Assembly (NCBI GenBank): GCA_050012535.1
Contig: JBEKGZ010000001.1
Span: 1 to 57,589 of the forward strand
Origin: Candidatus Bathyarchaeia archaeon
GTDB lineage: Archaea > Thermoproteota > Bathyarchaeia > 40CM-2-53-6
Reading direction: 5' to 3'
Length of the DNA: 57,589 nucleotides
The translations under genes and the position numbers were made by a program. Of the stretch, positions 57,119 to 57,589 are shown piece after piece; within the stretch, counting starts at the first letter, position 1, and every line of letters starts with the position of its first letter. The notes beneath the pieces were generated by a model that worked only from the letters and a program-made list of their open reading frames with translations, did not search any database and was not told where the DNA came from.

Positions 57119-57526
57119 GTGCCTGTCACAGTGTGCTTTGATGCCAGTTTCCTAATGTTAGCCGCAAAGTTTCACATAGACGTCGTATCAGAAACAGAAA
57201 GGCTTCTCCAAAGGCAGATCCAGCTCAGTGTTCCGGATATTGTCGTCGGCGAACTGGAGGGTCTGGCCAGAAGACCTGGCGCGGCGGGGCGAGATGCGAG
57301 GGTGGCGCTAGAACTGATCTTGACACGAAAGATCCATCGGGTTTCGTCAAAAGAGCAGTCGAATGCTGACAAGGCCCTGTTAGAGGCTTCAGGACGCGCG
57401 AGCGTCATTGTTGCCACTGCAGACCTAGACCTTCGCAGAATGATCAGAGATCGTGGAAAGCCTGTGATCATTTTCAGAGAAAAGGCTAAGTTGGAGCTTG
57501 ATGGCATTGAGCCAAGCTACTGGTAG
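57119..57526 (+). CDS. PIN-domain nuclease (Fcf1/Utp24-like, COG1412)
   Basis: Acidic PIN residues (CFDASF, VATADLDL). Conserved position immediately after aIF2-gamma. GTG start. Confidence 0.65.
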   Translation: MPVTVCFDASFLMLAAKFHIDVVSETERLLQRQIQLSVPDIVVGELEGLARRPGAAGRDARVALELILTRKIHRVSSKEQSNADKALLEASGRASVIVATADLDLRRMIRDRGKPVIIFREKAKLELDGIEPSYW

Positions 57527-57589
57527 AAAAGGGAAATAGCATCACAATCTGAAGCGGAGATAGTTTTGTTCAGAATCTTGACGGTTGAG

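Noticed and set aside
1-57589. CRISPR arrays, rRNA genes, IS elements or integrases
   Set aside because: No direct-repeat/spacer periodicity was seen. No rRNA-like conserved blocks were found. No transposase or tyrosine/serine recombinase motifs appeared in any ORF translation.

Overview
This is an archaeal chromosomal segment of about 50% GC with no rRNA genes, CRISPR arrays or recognisable transposases or integrases. The gene set suggests a TACK / Thaumarchaeota-like lineage: eL13, eL15, eS1, eL43, unfused Kae1 and Bud32, and frequent TTG/GTG starts. Most of the window is densely packed information-processing core:
- Translation: aEF-2, aIF2-gamma, IleRS, CysRS, Pth2, SBDS and ribosomal proteins.
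- Replication and repair: FEN-1, ATP-dependent DNA ligase, RecJ/GAN-like nuclease and an Lhr helicase.
- Transcription and RNA processing: TFB, a TFS-like protein, Gar1, the RNase P proteins Rpp30 and Pop5, the exosome superoperon (Rrp4/Rrp41/Rrp42) and KEOPS (Kae1, Bud32, two Pcc1-family genes).
- Other housekeeping: proteasome alpha, prefoldin beta, an ECF transporter module and several metabolic enzymes.

The strongest finding is that the aEF-2 gene is not intact as one ORF. A 28-nt insertion (6879..6906) folds into a canonical bulge-helix-bulge (BHB) motif. Removing it at the predicted cleavage sites restores the universal ...QIRNIGIIAHVDHGKTT... P-loop region and a 729-aa protein. This points to an archaeal endonuclease-type intron inside an essential mRNA.

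Other points worth a second look:
- A tRNA-Gly(CCC)-like gene (2905..3027) appears to carry two more non-canonical BHB introns and encodes C at the normally invariant U33 and U55.
- Downstream of that tRNA lies an accessory-looking, ORF-poor stretch containing a HEPN-motif protein.
- An operon encodes an Lhr helicase, a hinge-less Smc5/6-like ATPase, a kleisin-like protein and an ScpB-like protein. It abuts an orphan tRNA-guanine transglycosylase (TGT)-superfamily, DpdA-like gene.
- The Pop5 reading frame has no usable start codon and opens across the Rpp30 stop codon.
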